A stretch of DNA of 41,255 bases, taken from the NCBI GenBank assembly GCA_947440875.1, contig CANETG010000001.1, forward strand, positions 1 to 41,255. The letters run 5' to 3'. The translations under genes and the position numbers were made by a program. The notes beneath the pieces are model-generated. The model was not told the DNA's origin. It saw only the letters and a program-made list of their open reading frames with translations, and made no database searches. The DNA comes from Bacteriovoracaceae bacterium (lineage in GTDB: Bacteria; Bdellovibrionota; Bacteriovoracia; Bacteriovoracales; Bacteriovoracaceae). Shown piece by piece: positions 28,281 through 38,442 of the stretch (its first letter is position 1; the number at the start of each line of letters is the position of its first letter).

Positions 28281-28463
28281 GGTCGAAGAGTTAAGCCTCT
28301 TTCGCAGCAAAGAATATTCGTGGATTCAAAAACGACTTCACCCGGAGCCTTCAGCCCAGAAAATCCTTGTTCTGCGTTCAGTGTGAGGATAATCGACCCA
28401 GCGAAAAGTGTGTTGAGTCGTAATTCCCCTGACGGCCGTCAAAAAATTCGACATAATAGAAGG

Positions 28464-28844
28464 ATGAAACTTTTAGGCCTTCGCCTCGATACGAATCACT
28501 TTGAAGATTATCTTTCGTTTTTAACGGAGGTTCTTGAGCTTGAGCTCGCTCACTTGGACGAGACTTCCATGCACCTCAAGCTCCAAGGAAATTGGCTCGA
28601 AATCAGAAAAGTTTCTTTTGCTTCTCAGCATAAAAATCTTTTCATTCGGTTCGCTCTTAATCCGGATGAATATGAATCGCTGATTAATAAAATATCTTTC
28701 TTCTACTACCGCAAGGGGCAAACGTCGTTTAAGGTACAGAAACTCGACTCACAGGTCTGCTCTTTGATCGATCCCGATGGTCGTTCATGGTGCTTTTCAT
28801 ACGGCCCGAAACTCACAGGGCAAGATACTGTAGCAAACTTGTAA
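28464..28844 (+). CDS. VOC/glyoxalase-fold-like protein
   Basis: ATG 28464; FLTEVLELE and LIDPDGRSW motifs typical of the VOC fold. Confidence 0.7.
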   Translation: MKLLGLRLDTNHFEDYLSFLTEVLELELAHLDETSMHLKLQGNWLEIRKVSFASQHKNLFIRFALNPDEYESLINKISFFYYRKGQTSFKVQKLDSQVCSLIDPDGRSWCFSYGPKLTGQDTVANL

Positions 28845-28931
28845 GAAACTTTTTCTTTACTAATATTGTCCATTTTTATTCAATCATACCTCGTTCGAGG
28901 GCACCCAATTTGATTGGAAAAGGAATTCCCC

Positions 28932-29792
28932 ATGAAATCGTTCGCGTTCATTTCTCTTATTTGTCTGTCTGCTCAGGTCTTTGGATCAGTCCCAGGGATG
29001 GATGTCATTTACGGTGATGATAACCGCAAGGATGTTTATGAAAGTACAGATTCAGCTCTCGTTGAGCTTTCAAAATCGACAGCGGGAATGATTCCCAACT
29101 CAAAGCTTTCAAACGCAAATGGCGAAACAACGATCACTGGTGCGACTCTTGAATCTCGCGGAATTTGCCAAGAGGAGCGTTTTTCTTCGCAAATGACTGC
29201 CGCTAATTGCTCAGGCTTTCTTGTCTCTGAGAATGTTCTCGTAACGGCTGGTCACTGCATTAAGTCAGTGGAAGATTGCGCTGGTTCCAAATGGGTTTTC
29301 GACTACAAGATGGATTCTGAGAAGCAAAACTCGATGAAAGTCGCTACCAAGAATGTGTATTCTTGTTCACGCATCATCGCTCGCTCACTTGATAATTTGA
29401 CAAAAGACGATTACGCCGTCATTGAACTTGACCGTAAAGTTTCGGATCGTCGTCCACTGTCTTTTCGCCGCTCAGGCAATATCACTGTTGGCGAAAGTAT
29501 TGTTGTGATTGGTCACCCATCAGGGCTACCGACGAAGATTGCTGATGGAGCGAAGGTTCGTTCCCGCTCAACCAAGTACTTCACTGCTAACCTCGACACG
29601 TACGGTGGGAACTCTGGTTCAGCTGTTTTTAACTACAAAACAGGGGAAGTCGAAGGAATCCTCGTTCGTGGTGAGAATGACTATGTTCAATCACCTCGTG
29701 GATGCATGGTTTCGAACAAGTGCGCAGCTGATGGTTGTCGCGGCGAAGATGTGACTTACATCACCCACATTAAAGCACTTCAGGACCTTTAA
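28932..29792 (+). CDS. Secreted trypsin-like (S1) serine protease
   Basis: Signal peptide; CSGFLV, TAGHC, DYAVI, GNSGS. Confidence 0.92.
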   Translation: MKSFAFISLICLSAQVFGSVPGMDVIYGDDNRKDVYESTDSALVELSKSTAGMIPNSKLSNANGETTITGATLESRGICQEERFSSQMTAANCSGFLVSENVLVTAGHCIKSVEDCAGSKWVFDYKMDSEKQNSMKVATKNVYSCSRIIARSLDNLTKDDYAVIELDRKVSDRRPLSFRRSGNITVGESIVVIGHPSGLPTKIADGAKVRSRSTKYFTANLDTYGGNSGSAVFNYKTGEVEGILVRGENDYVQSPRGCMVSNKCAADGCRGEDVTYITHIKALQDL

Positions 29793-29817
29793 TCGGCAAA
29801 ATCAAACAGCTTCTTAC

Positions 29818-29842
29818 AAGGCCCTCTCCGGAGGGCCTTTTT
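29818..29842 (+). terminator. Rho-independent terminator
   Basis: AAGGCCCTC-TCCG-GAGGGCCTT followed by TTT, after the protease stop. Confidence 0.85.
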
Positions 29843-29912
29843 CGTTGTCAGGCAGTTAAGGGAAGCGGGACAATTTTCCTAACTAACGATCCTTATGGAT
29901 AAGGAGCCTCTC

Positions 29913-31247
29913 ATGAAATGGATTTCACTCGCTATACTTGCGTCCGCTTTTTCAGTCAACGCAGCCACCATCGCCGTCATTGATTCCGGCTTAGATTACA
30001 AGCACGAAATGATCGTGCCTAATCTCTGGACCAACATCAACGAAGTTTTCGATCGTCGTGATAACGACGGCAATGGATACCAAGATGATGTTCACGGTTG
30101 GAACTTTGCTGAACAAAATGGGCAAATCATTGACTACAGCTACCTCGGAACTTTCTCTGGGGACTGCTCAAAGTATTTTGATATTCAGGGCAAGCGTTTC
30201 CTCGGTCAGGCCACTGAAGAAGAAATTGCGTGGATGAAAGCCAAAGCCACTGATGCCAATTTCGCCAAGGAAATGGGGAAATTTGGTAACTTCGTTCACG
30301 GCACTCACGTCGCGGGGATCACCATCCGTGATTCAAAATCTCAGGCAATGGGAATAAAACTCATCCCGACAGAGATTAAACCATTCATGGATCGTCTGCG
30401 TGGAATGAAGTCAGTTGAAGTCGCAGACCGCTGGGAAATTCTCGCAGGTCTCTTTGATCAACTCGCTGTCGCTCAGATGACTCAGTTAACGGACATCGCT
30501 CGCATGATTGCTTTCCATCAAGCCGACGTTGCCAACGGTTCATTCGGAACTGGTTTCAATCAAGTGAAGCTCATCACAGATACTGCGTTCAGAATTCTTT
30601 TCTTAAAGAAGCCCGACGCCGATGAATCAAAAAAAGCCGCAGGCCTCTTTATTTCTGCCCTCGTGAAACACGGACAGGGTTTCGTGGGTTCTGCGCCCTC
30701 AACACTTTTCGTTTTTGCCGCTGGTAACGACGGTCTATCAAACGATGAGTTCGGCACAAGTCCGGCGAACATCAAAGCGGATAACGTCATCACTGTGGGT
30801 GCCACTTATAAGAATGAATTCTTCGCACCGTTCTCAAACTTCGGAACAAAGATGGTTGATATCGCCGCTCCCGGAATGCTGATCGATTCGGCTATTCCAG
30901 GCGCGGGAAATTACCTCAAAGTTTCCGGCACTAGCCAGGCCGCTCCGTACGTCGCTAACGTTGCTGGTGTGGTGAAAGATTCGAACCCTGCTCTTTCTCC
31001 TCTTGAAGTCAGAAAAATTCTCATGGGAACTGTTGATCTCAAGGCGTTTCTTGCTGAGAAAGTCATGGCCGGAGGAATCGTGAATCCTGAGCGCGCCAGA
31101 ACTGCAGCTGAACTCACTAAGACAATGTCAGTAGGTGAGGCGATCAGCCGCTCGAGAACCATGGTTCGTGACATGGTCTCGAGTCAATCTCAAGTGAATA
31201 AAAACGTTGTCACTCCGATTCCATTGACTCCGAATTTTAATTTCTAG
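29913..31247 (+). CDS. Secreted subtilisin-like (S8) serine protease
   Basis: AAGGAG RBS; signal peptide; VIDSG, HGTHVAG, AAGN, SGTSQAAP. Confidence 0.92.
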   Translation: MKWISLAILASAFSVNAATIAVIDSGLDYKHEMIVPNLWTNINEVFDRRDNDGNGYQDDVHGWNFAEQNGQIIDYSYLGTFSGDCSKYFDIQGKRFLGQATEEEIAWMKAKATDANFAKEMGKFGNFVHGTHVAGITIRDSKSQAMGIKLIPTEIKPFMDRLRGMKSVEVADRWEILAGLFDQLAVAQMTQLTDIARMIAFHQADVANGSFGTGFNQVKLITDTAFRILFLKKPDADESKKAAGLFISALVKHGQGFVGSAPSTLFVFAAGNDGLSNDEFGTSPANIKADNVITVGATYKNEFFAPFSNFGTKMVDIAAPGMLIDSAIPGAGNYLKVSGTSQAAPYVANVAGVVKDSNPALSPLEVRKILMGTVDLKAFLAEKVMAGGIVNPERARTAAELTKTMSVGEAISRSRTMVRDMVSSQSQVNKNVVTPIPLTPNFNF

Positions 31248-31253
31248 CTCGAT

Positions 31254-31280
31254 GAGAAGGCCGTTTGCTGCGGCCTTCTC
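31254..31280. terminator. 10-bp inverted repeat after the S8 gene
   Basis: GAGAAGGCCG-TTTGCTG-CGGCCTTCTC; weak U-tract. Confidence 0.5.
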
Positions 31281-31622
31281 ACTCTCATTGAGTGAAAACC
31301 TTTTCCCCAAAAAACATAATTGAGCCTGTTCATAAATCCTTCTCTTGAACCCAGCTATGGATCGTTCAACTGGTGACGTTTTGCACTCAATCTCGATGAA
31401 TGAGTTCTCGAGATGTAAGAGTGAACAGGATAATGAGGGCATGAAGCATGAGATTCAATACCTCGATACTTTTTCTTTATCTGAGAAGCTTTGCGTTAGC
31501 GGATGAACTTCTCTTCATCAGTCAGAGATTTTGATAGTTTGGCCATTTTCTCATTAACAAATTCCACTTTAGAAAATACACTTGTCGGATATTGGTTTTC
31601 AGTATTTTCCAAGGAGCTTCGC

Positions 31623-32750
31623 TTGAAATGGATGTTGAATCTTTCACTTGTCCTCTCTGTCCTTATTGCAGCTAGCTGTAATAAAGGGGGGGCGGATAAA
31701 ATCGTTATTGGTAACTTCGGCTCTCTGACAGGAACTGAGGCGACTTTCGGAGTTTCAACTCGTGACGGGATTATTCTCGCCATGGAAGAGTTGAACAAAA
31801 ACGGTGGTGTTCTCGGTAAGCAGGTTGAGCTTAAAGCTTACGACAACCAAGGGAAACCGGAAGAAGCTCGTCTCTCCGTAGAAAAACTCATCAACGTGGA
31901 TAACGTCGTTGCTGTTCTCGGTGAAGTGGCCTCAACAAGATCACTCGCCGGAGCTCCAGTTGCGCAGCAGAATAAAGTCCCGATGATTTCTCCTTCATCG
32001 ACCAACCCAATGGTCACTCAAAAAGGTGATTACATTTTTCGCGTTTGTTTCATCGATCCGTTTCAAGGTGAAGTGATTGCAAAATTCGCTTACAACACTT
32101 TGGGACTGAGAAAAGCGGCGATCTTTCGTGATTCGAAATCTGATTACTCAATGGGTCTGTCGAAGTTTTTTGAGAATAAATTCGTTTCTCTAGGCGGAAC
32201 TATTGTTGGTGATGAGAAATACGCTGCTGGCGATTCCGATTTCAAAGCTCAGCTCACGAACCTCAAATCGAAACAGCCAGAGTTCATGTACGTTCCTGGC
32301 TATTACACTGAAGTCGGTTTGATCGCCCGCCAGGCGCGTGAACTCGGCGTGAAAATCCCTCTCATGGGTGGAGACGGTTGGGATTCTACAGTGCTTAAAG
32401 AAATTGGTGGCGAAGCGGTTGAAGGGAATTACTTCTCAAATCACTACACAGTTGAAGACCCACGCCCAGAAGTTCAAAACTTTATTAAAAATTATAAAGC
32501 TCGTTTCGGCACAGTTCCTGATTCACTCGCGGCACTTTCATATGATTCAGCACAAGTTCTTTTTGATTCTATAAAGCGCGCTGGATCTGTTGAAGGACCG
32601 AAACTTCGCGATGCCATCGCGGCGACTAAAAACTTTCCTGGAGTTACTGGCGTGATCACTCTGAATGAAAATCGCGATGCCGTGAAATCAGCAGTGGTGC
32701 TTCAAGTCGTAGACGGTAAGTTCAAGTTTAAAGAAACGATCAATCCATAA
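31623..32750 (+). CDS. livK: Branched-chain amino acid ABC transporter substrate-binding lipoprotein
   Basis: AAGGAG then TTG 31623; lipobox IAASC; SPSSTNP, YIFRVCFIDPFQG, GGDGWDS. Confidence 0.88.
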   Translation: MKWMLNLSLVLSVLIAASCNKGGADKIVIGNFGSLTGTEATFGVSTRDGIILAMEELNKNGGVLGKQVELKAYDNQGKPEEARLSVEKLINVDNVVAVLGEVASTRSLAGAPVAQQNKVPMISPSSTNPMVTQKGDYIFRVCFIDPFQGEVIAKFAYNTLGLRKAAIFRDSKSDYSMGLSKFFENKFVSLGGTIVGDEKYAAGDSDFKAQLTNLKSKQPEFMYVPGYYTEVGLIARQARELGVKIPLMGGDGWDSTVLKEIGGEAVEGNYFSNHYTVEDPRPEVQNFIKNYKARFGTVPDSLAALSYDSAQVLFDSIKRAGSVEGPKLRDAIAATKNFPGVTGVITLNENRDAVKSAVVLQVVDGKFKFKETINP

Positions 32751-32762
32751 GAGGCATTCCAC

Positions 32763-33668
32763 TTGAACGATTTCATTCAGCACACGATTAATGGTCTCGC
32801 TTTGGGAAGTATCTACGCACTCGTAGCTCTGGGTTACACCATGGTGTTTGGTGTTCTTCAGTTGATTAACTTTGCCCACGGTGAAATCTTCATGATTGGG
32901 GCCTTCTCAGGTCTTTACTTCTCTCGCTACGCTCTCCCGGCCGGAACAGAACCCTCTATCGGTGTGACACTGATGGTTTTACTGGCCGCCATGATCGGGA
33001 GTGCTGTTCTTGGGGTGATTATTGAAAAATTCGCGTATCGACCTCTTCGGAAGGCGCCGCGGATTAATATTCTCATCACTGCCATTGGAGTGAGCTTACT
33101 TCTTCAATACGGTGGTCAGCTTATTTTCGGCGCTTCTCCGCAGTTCTTTCCGACGATCCTTCCGCGCCAAAATATTGATTTAGGCGGAGATATTTTCCTT
33201 GATACAAATCAGATTACTATTTTCATTTTGAGTTTTGTGCTCATGGTGATTCTCCAGTATCTGGTTTTCAAAACTCAGTTCGGGCGTTCGATGCGTGCGA
33301 TTTCGCACTCACTTGAAACCGCCAACGTGATCGGAATCAACGTAAATAAAGTGATCTTCATCACGTTCATCATTGGTTCTGCTCTGGCGGGGGCTGCAGG
33401 AGTTCTTTATGGAATCGCTTATCCTAAGATCGATCCTCTCCTGGGACTTCTTCCGGGACTTAAAGCCTTCATCGCTGCGGTCCTTGGTGGCATCGGAAAC
33501 ATTACTGGTGCCGTGATCGGTGCAGTCCTCCTAGGTCTTTCGGAAACGTACGTTGCTGGTTACATCAGCTCGACTTACCGTGATGCTCTGGCGTTTGTGA
33601 TTCTCATCCTCGTTCTTCTTCTGAGACCCGGTGGGCTTCTTGGCTCTAAGAAAATTGAGAAGGTGTAG
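32763..33668 (+). CDS. livH: Branched-chain amino acid ABC permease
   Basis: NGLALGSIYALVALGYTMVFG, INFAHGE, KAFIAAVLGGIG, RPGGLLG. Confidence 0.92.
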   Translation: MNDFIQHTINGLALGSIYALVALGYTMVFGVLQLINFAHGEIFMIGAFSGLYFSRYALPAGTEPSIGVTLMVLLAAMIGSAVLGVIIEKFAYRPLRKAPRINILITAIGVSLLLQYGGQLIFGASPQFFPTILPRQNIDLGGDIFLDTNQITIFILSFVLMVILQYLVFKTQFGRSMRAISHSLETANVIGINVNKVIFITFIIGSALAGAAGVLYGIAYPKIDPLLGLLPGLKAFIAAVLGGIGNITGAVIGAVLLGLSETYVAGYISSTYRDALAFVILILVLLLRPGGLLGSKKIEKV

Positions 33669-33669
33669 A

Positions 33670-34668
33670 ATGAAGTTTAATAAAACGATTCTGATCATTC
33701 TTCTTTTCGTCGTGGCGGCCTTGGCACTGAATTTTGTCATGGGTGGATTCGCGTTTGATATGAGTCTTCTCATGTACGCAAAGCCAACTCGTTGGCAGGG
33801 TCTCATTTCTCCTTACTACTACGCCGTTCTTGTTATCCTCGGGATTAATATTGTTCTTTCTGTTTCTCTTGCCCTGCTGAATGGATTTACTGGTCTTTTC
33901 ACCATGGGACACGCTGGCTTCATGGCCATCGGTGCGTATACGTCAGCGAGTATTGTGACGTTCATGCTTCCCACGGCACCATTTTTTGTTCAGATGATTG
34001 TGGGCTCACTTTGCGCCGGTACGATCGCGGCCCTTATCGGATTTTTAATTGGTGTCTCATCTCTGCGTTTGAATGGAGATTATCTCGGGATGGTGACGCT
34101 CGGATTTTCAGAGATCATCAGAATCATGCTTCTTAATATTGATGCCGTTGGTGGTGCTCGCGGGATGACTGACATTCCTCAGTACACCAATCTCGGTTCA
34201 GTCCTTCTTCTTGCTGTGATTGTTATTCTTTTCATTAAGAGAATTCGCGATGGTCGCCTCGGGCGCGCGATGCTTGCGATCAAAGAAAACGAAATGGCCG
34301 CGAACATGATGGGGATTAATCCCCTCGCGATTAAAGTCAAAGCATTCGTGATCTCAAGCTTCATCGCTGGCGTTGCGGGATCATTTTTTGCTCACTCTGA
34401 GGGGTATCTTTCCACGCAAACATTTACGTTCGTGAAGAGCTTTGAAGTGATTGCGATGAACGTGATCGGTGGACTCGGATCTTTATCGGGAGCAATTCTC
34501 GGCGCAGGAATTCTTACCGTTCTTCCGGAAGCACTTCGTAAGGTCCAGGATATTACGGGCATTGATCTCCGGATGATTATTTACGCGTTAACGATGATTC
34601 TCATCATGATCCTTCGTCCGCAAGGACTCATGGGAAATAGGGAGTGGAAGTGGCTTTCCTCGAAATAG
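33670..34668 (+). CDS. livM: Branched-chain amino acid ABC permease
   Basis: GHAGFMAIGAY, LRLNGDYLGMVTLGFSEI, AIKENE, GGLGSLSG. Confidence 0.92.
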   Translation: MKFNKTILIILLFVVAALALNFVMGGFAFDMSLLMYAKPTRWQGLISPYYYAVLVILGINIVLSVSLALLNGFTGLFTMGHAGFMAIGAYTSASIVTFMLPTAPFFVQMIVGSLCAGTIAALIGFLIGVSSLRLNGDYLGMVTLGFSEIIRIMLLNIDAVGGARGMTDIPQYTNLGSVLLLAVIVILFIKRIRDGRLGRAMLAIKENEMAANMMGINPLAIKVKAFVISSFIAGVAGSFFAHSEGYLSTQTFTFVKSFEVIAMNVIGGLGSLSGAILGAGILTVLPEALRKVQDITGIDLRMIIYALTMILIMILRPQGLMGNREWKWLSSK

Positions 34669-35414
34669 ATAATATGAGTCTCGAGTTCGGGGGTGTGAAA
34701 GCGTGCCAAAACGTTTCCATGAAGCTCGAGCCAGGAATTTTATACGGACTCATCGGCCCCAACGGTGCTGGGAAGTCGACGATCTTTAACGTTCTCACCG
34801 GAATCTATCCTCCGACTCGTGGAGACGTGAGGCTCTCTGATGAAAGTCTAGTTGGCAAAAAACCTTTCGAGATCGCTCAGAAAGGTATCGGAAGAACCTT
34901 TCAAAACATTCGTCTTTTTAAAGAACTCACGGTGCTTGAGAACGTCATGTCAGCATTTTACTCATCTTCAAATTCTTCGATCACAGATATGGTTTTTGAA
35001 ACTGGAAAATTTCACGCTGAAGAAGAAGAAGTGAAAATAAAATCCTTGGAACTTTTAAAAGTCATGGGAATTGATGATCTCGCCGCAGTTCCAGCTGGGG
35101 GCCTTCCTTACGGTAAACAAAGAAAACTCGAAATCGCCCGCGCACTTGGTCTTAGTCCCAAACTTCTTCTTTTAGATGAACCGGCGGCGGGTCTTAATCC
35201 CACTGAAACGCGCGAGCTCACGGATCTCATTCGGAAAATCCAGAAAGACAGAAACATCACAGTTCTCTTAATTGAGCACGACATGGGTCTGGTGATGAAA
35301 ATCTGTGAAAAAATTTATGTTCTCGTTCAGGGCCAGCTCGTTTGCGAAGGTCCTGCCGATGTTGTTCAAAATGATAAGCGAGTCATTGAAGCTTATCTTG
35401 GAGTGGATGAATAA
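34644..35414 (+). CDS. livG: Branched-chain amino acid ABC ATPase
   Basis: GPNGAGKS, RTFQNIRLF, LPYGKQRKLEIARAL, LLDEPAAG, EAYLG. Confidence 0.93.
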   Translation: MEVAFLEIDNMSLEFGGVKACQNVSMKLEPGILYGLIGPNGAGKSTIFNVLTGIYPPTRGDVRLSDESLVGKKPFEIAQKGIGRTFQNIRLFKELTVLENVMSAFYSSSNSSITDMVFETGKFHAEEEEVKIKSLELLKVMGIDDLAAVPAGGLPYGKQRKLEIARALGLSPKLLLLDEPAAGLNPTETRELTDLIRKIQKDRNITVLLIEHDMGLVMKICEKIYVLVQGQLVCEGPADVVQNDKRVIEAYLGVDE

Positions 35415-36130
35415 TGGATACTCTCGTTGTTGAAGGTCTTCAGGTCAATTACGGTAACGTTCAAGCACTCAAGGGTGTTTCATTCAAAGTCCCGAAGGGG
35501 CAAATTGTTTCTCTCATCGGTGCCAACGGTGCCGGTAAGACGACCACTCTCAAGGCGATTTCGGGCGCCATTTCAGGCAAGGGAACAGTTGTCTTTAATG
35601 GTCAACCAACCGCGGGCATGGAATCTTTTAAACTCGTCGGTCAGGGTCTCATTCATGCTCCGGAGGGTCGTGGGATTTTCCCCAATCTTACGGTCATGGA
35701 AAATCTTCAATTGGGAATTGTTGGTCGGCATTCAGCGAAAGTTCACTTCGCTAAAAATCTGGAAGAAGGATTCACACTTTTCCCAAGACTCAAGGAGCGC
35801 ATCGGCCAGATGGCCGGCACTCTTTCAGGTGGTGAGCAGCAGATGCTTGCCATCGCCAGAGCACTGATTGGGGAGCCAGAACTTCTTCTTTTGGATGAGC
35901 CTTCCTTAGGACTTGCTCCTCAGGTCGTTAAGCTCATATTTGATATCATCGTTCGAATCAATAAGGACAAACAGGTGACTGTTCTTCTGGTTGAGCAAAA
36001 TGCTAAGCAAGCACTTAAGATTTCTCATTATGCCTACGTTCTCGAAACGGGCAAAATCTCTCTGGAAGGAAAGGGGTCTGATCTTCTCAACAATGATGAA
36101 GTAAAGAAGATTTACCTCGGCGAACATTAA
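35414..36130 (+). CDS. livF: Branched-chain amino acid ABC ATPase
   Basis: GANGAGKTT, PEGRGIF, LSGGEQQML, LDEPSLGLAP, VEQN. Confidence 0.93.
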   Translation: MDTLVVEGLQVNYGNVQALKGVSFKVPKGQIVSLIGANGAGKTTTLKAISGAISGKGTVVFNGQPTAGMESFKLVGQGLIHAPEGRGIFPNLTVMENLQLGIVGRHSAKVHFAKNLEEGFTLFPRLKERIGQMAGTLSGGEQQMLAIARALIGEPELLLLDEPSLGLAPQVVKLIFDIIVRINKDKQVTVLLVEQNAKQALKISHYAYVLETGKISLEGKGSDLLNNDEVKKIYLGEH

Positions 36131-36165
36131 AAATTTCTTCCAAAAACTAAATTGGTGATAAAATT

Positions 36166-36209
36166 GGAGCATGACTGACAGGAAGTTAGTTCTCCCATGT
36201 TCTTTTCTT
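36166..36209 (+). terminator. Bulged stem-loop with U-rich tail after livF
   Basis: GAGCATG-ACTGAC-AGGAA-GTTAGT-(TCTCC)-CATGTTC followed by TTTTCTT. Confidence 0.4.
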
Positions 36210-36301
36210 GTGGCCTTGGGGCCTGTCACGACTCATTTCTCTCATCCAAACTCAGCACAATATTTAATCAGACACTTATCTTATATCTTTAAGGAGATCT
36301 C

Positions 36302-36919
36302 ATGAACTTGATGGAAGTTTTTCGCGATGGTGGATTCATTATGTATCCGCTACTGGTTTTCTCAGTCGCTATCTGGGTGGTCGCGATTCAGAAGTTCCTT
36401 TTTCTAGGTACTTTCACCAAGCAGTATCTCAAGATGGATCAAGACATTCAGCAATCGCTTCAATCAAAAAAAGCTGACGATTTTAAGTACATCGTCAAAG
36501 GAGCTTCGCTTCCGATCAGACGCCCGCTCGAAGTTTTGACTGAAGAATTCTATGATTCAAAATCTTCCATGGATGACCGCCTTAATCGCAGACTTACAGA
36601 AACGACTGCTGTTCTCAGAAGAAATCTCTGGATTCTAGGAACGATTGGTTCTTCGGCACCGTTCGTCGGTCTCTTCGGAACCGTTCTCGGGATCATGGAA
36701 TCATTTAAATCCATCGGTGAATCAGGGAAAAGCGGATTCACAGTTGTGGCGACGGGTATTTCAGAAGCTCTCATCGCCACTGCGGCGGGAATCATCGTGG
36801 CCGTCATTGCCGTTATTTTTTACAACTATTTTCAGACTCGCGTAGCACAGATCGCTGCGGATTTTAGGAACCGTGTTGAAGATACTGCTGAGCTCATCTT
36901 TCTTTCGAAAAGGAAGTAA
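36302..36919 (+). CDS. MotA/TolQ/ExbB proton channel protein (copy 1)
   Basis: GGFIMYPL, GSSAPFVGLFGTVLGIM, GISEALIATAAG, FYNYF. Confidence 0.92.
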   Translation: MNLMEVFRDGGFIMYPLLVFSVAIWVVAIQKFLFLGTFTKQYLKMDQDIQQSLQSKKADDFKYIVKGASLPIRRPLEVLTEEFYDSKSSMDDRLNRRLTETTAVLRRNLWILGTIGSSAPFVGLFGTVLGIMESFKSIGESGKSGFTVVATGISEALIATAAGIIVAVIAVIFYNYFQTRVAQIAADFRNRVEDTAELIFLSKRK

Positions 36920-36922
36920 TTT

Positions 36923-37348
36923 ATGTCGATGAAAACCGGTAACGGCGGTGATGAAGACATCAACGCCGAAATTAACATGACTCCACTGATCGATATCATG
37001 CTGGTGCTCCTCATTATCTTTATGGTGAGTTCATCGGCCGCGATTGAATCGGGACTTGATGTGAATCTTCCTGAAGTCAATGCTGTGTCTGATAAGACCG
37101 ATGAGATCCTTGTGATCAGTCTCAATAAAGAAGGCCAGGTCGCAGTCAAAGGCGAAATTACTCCGCCGGAAGCCTTGAGAGAGAAAATCGCCCAGGCACT
37201 GAAAGATTTGAAAACCGAGTCAGTTATCCTAGAAGGTGACGGCGAGTCTCAGCTCTCTGAAACCATGGCCGTCATGGACGTGGCGAAGATGGCGGGTGCG
37301 AAAACTTTCTCTATTGCTGCAAAACTTAAGAGCGAGAATATCAAATGA
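36923..37348 (+). CDS. ExbD/TolR family protein (copy 1)
   Basis: EINMTPLIDIMLVLLIIFMV, VNLP, AGA. Confidence 0.92.
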   Translation: MSMKTGNGGDEDINAEINMTPLIDIMLVLLIIFMVSSSAAIESGLDVNLPEVNAVSDKTDEILVISLNKEGQVAVKGEITPPEALREKIAQALKDLKTESVILEGDGESQLSETMAVMDVAKMAGAKTFSIAAKLKSENIK

Positions 37349-38439
37349 ACTTTCAAATGGTGGAAGTGGACCAACTTTACAATAAGCGAGCACTTGTTTT
37401 TGCCATCATCATGCACGCCGTGCTGATGATTGTGAAAATCGAGTATGAGCCCGTAAGAATTGTTCCTAGAACTGACGCCATTGAAGTTCAGCTAATCTCG
37501 CCGGAAGAAGTGAAGAAAATTAAAGTCCCTATCGTGGCCAAACAGGAAGTCGTGAAAAAATCCGAAGTCCTTAAAGAAAAGCCGAAAGAAAAACTCAACG
37601 TCGGGACTCAGAAAATTGTTCCGAAGGCCAAAGACCTCGGAGATCCAAAGAAAAAGATTGTCCAAGACGTTCAGAAAGGCGATCCGCTTTCAAAAGATTT
37701 TAGTAAGTACAAACCAGGAACTGATTTTCAGAAATTGAAATCAACCAATATTGGTTCAGGCTCCCTGGGTGATAAGTTCAAGACTAAAGATCCCGGTGGG
37801 TCTGGGGACACTTACCAAGGTGCAGATTTTGCGATCAAAAGTCTCACCGGGACAGCACCTCTCGGGAACCGGTTCAAGGTAAAAAATGCTGCGGATGGTG
37901 GTGGAGCAGGCGCTGGTAACACAGGCGGAATTTCTAGCGGGTCTGGTCTTGGGATTGGCGACGGAACAATCACTGGAACAAGAACAGGAACTCTGGAGAA
38001 GGCAAAAATTCTCACCAACGTAGGGAGTCTCACTGGGGCAACAGTCGGAAAAATTGATTCGAGTAAAGGTGCCGAAGGTCTCGGGATTAAGGGAACCATT
38101 CTTTTATCCGGTGAGCCAGAAGACACAGTCATTCTTGGATCGATGGATCCTGACGTAATTAGAAGAATCCTTCTCGAGCACTTAGCGGAATTCCGTTATT
38201 GTTATCAAAAAGAGCTCGATAATAAAACGAGTGCGGCAACTGGTGTTCTTCAGCTCATCTTTAAAATTAACGGAAGTGGCAGTGTCTCTTCGGCCAATGT
38301 AAACGGCCCGTCACACATCACATCTTCGGTCAAATCCTGCATGGCAGGAGTCCTCCGGGGCATCCAATTTCCATCACCAAAAGGTGGGGGAACAGTCGAA
38401 GTAAAACAACCACTTAATCTCTATCCTCGCTCTCTTTAA
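37345..38439 (+). CDS. TonB-like energy transducer with AgmX/PglI-type C-terminal domain
   Basis: N-terminal TM with His (IIMHAVL), Lys-rich then Gly-rich linker, C-terminal IRRILLEH...FRYCYQKEL...C...IQFPSPKGGG. Confidence 0.8.
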   Translation: MNFQMVEVDQLYNKRALVFAIIMHAVLMIVKIEYEPVRIVPRTDAIEVQLISPEEVKKIKVPIVAKQEVVKKSEVLKEKPKEKLNVGTQKIVPKAKDLGDPKKKIVQDVQKGDPLSKDFSKYKPGTDFQKLKSTNIGSGSLGDKFKTKDPGGSGDTYQGADFAIKSLTGTAPLGNRFKVKNAADGGGAGAGNTGGISSGSGLGIGDGTITGTRTGTLEKAKILTNVGSLTGATVGKIDSSKGAEGLGIKGTILLSGEPEDTVILGSMDPDVIRRILLEHLAEFRYCYQKELDNKTSAATGVLQLIFKINGSGSVSSANVNGPSHITSSVKSCMAGVLRGIQFPSPKGGGTVEVKQPLNLYPRSL

Positions 38440-38442
38440 TCT

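Noticed and set aside
28242-28463. N-terminal extension of the VOC ORF, and similar extensions for livK, pcp and cvrA in the ORF track
   Set aside because: Downstream starts give better RBS, signal peptide or domain boundaries.
37780-38100. Gly/Thr-rich stretch as a tandem repeat
   Set aside because: Low-complexity linker typical of AgmX/TonB-like proteins; no exact nucleotide repeat unit.
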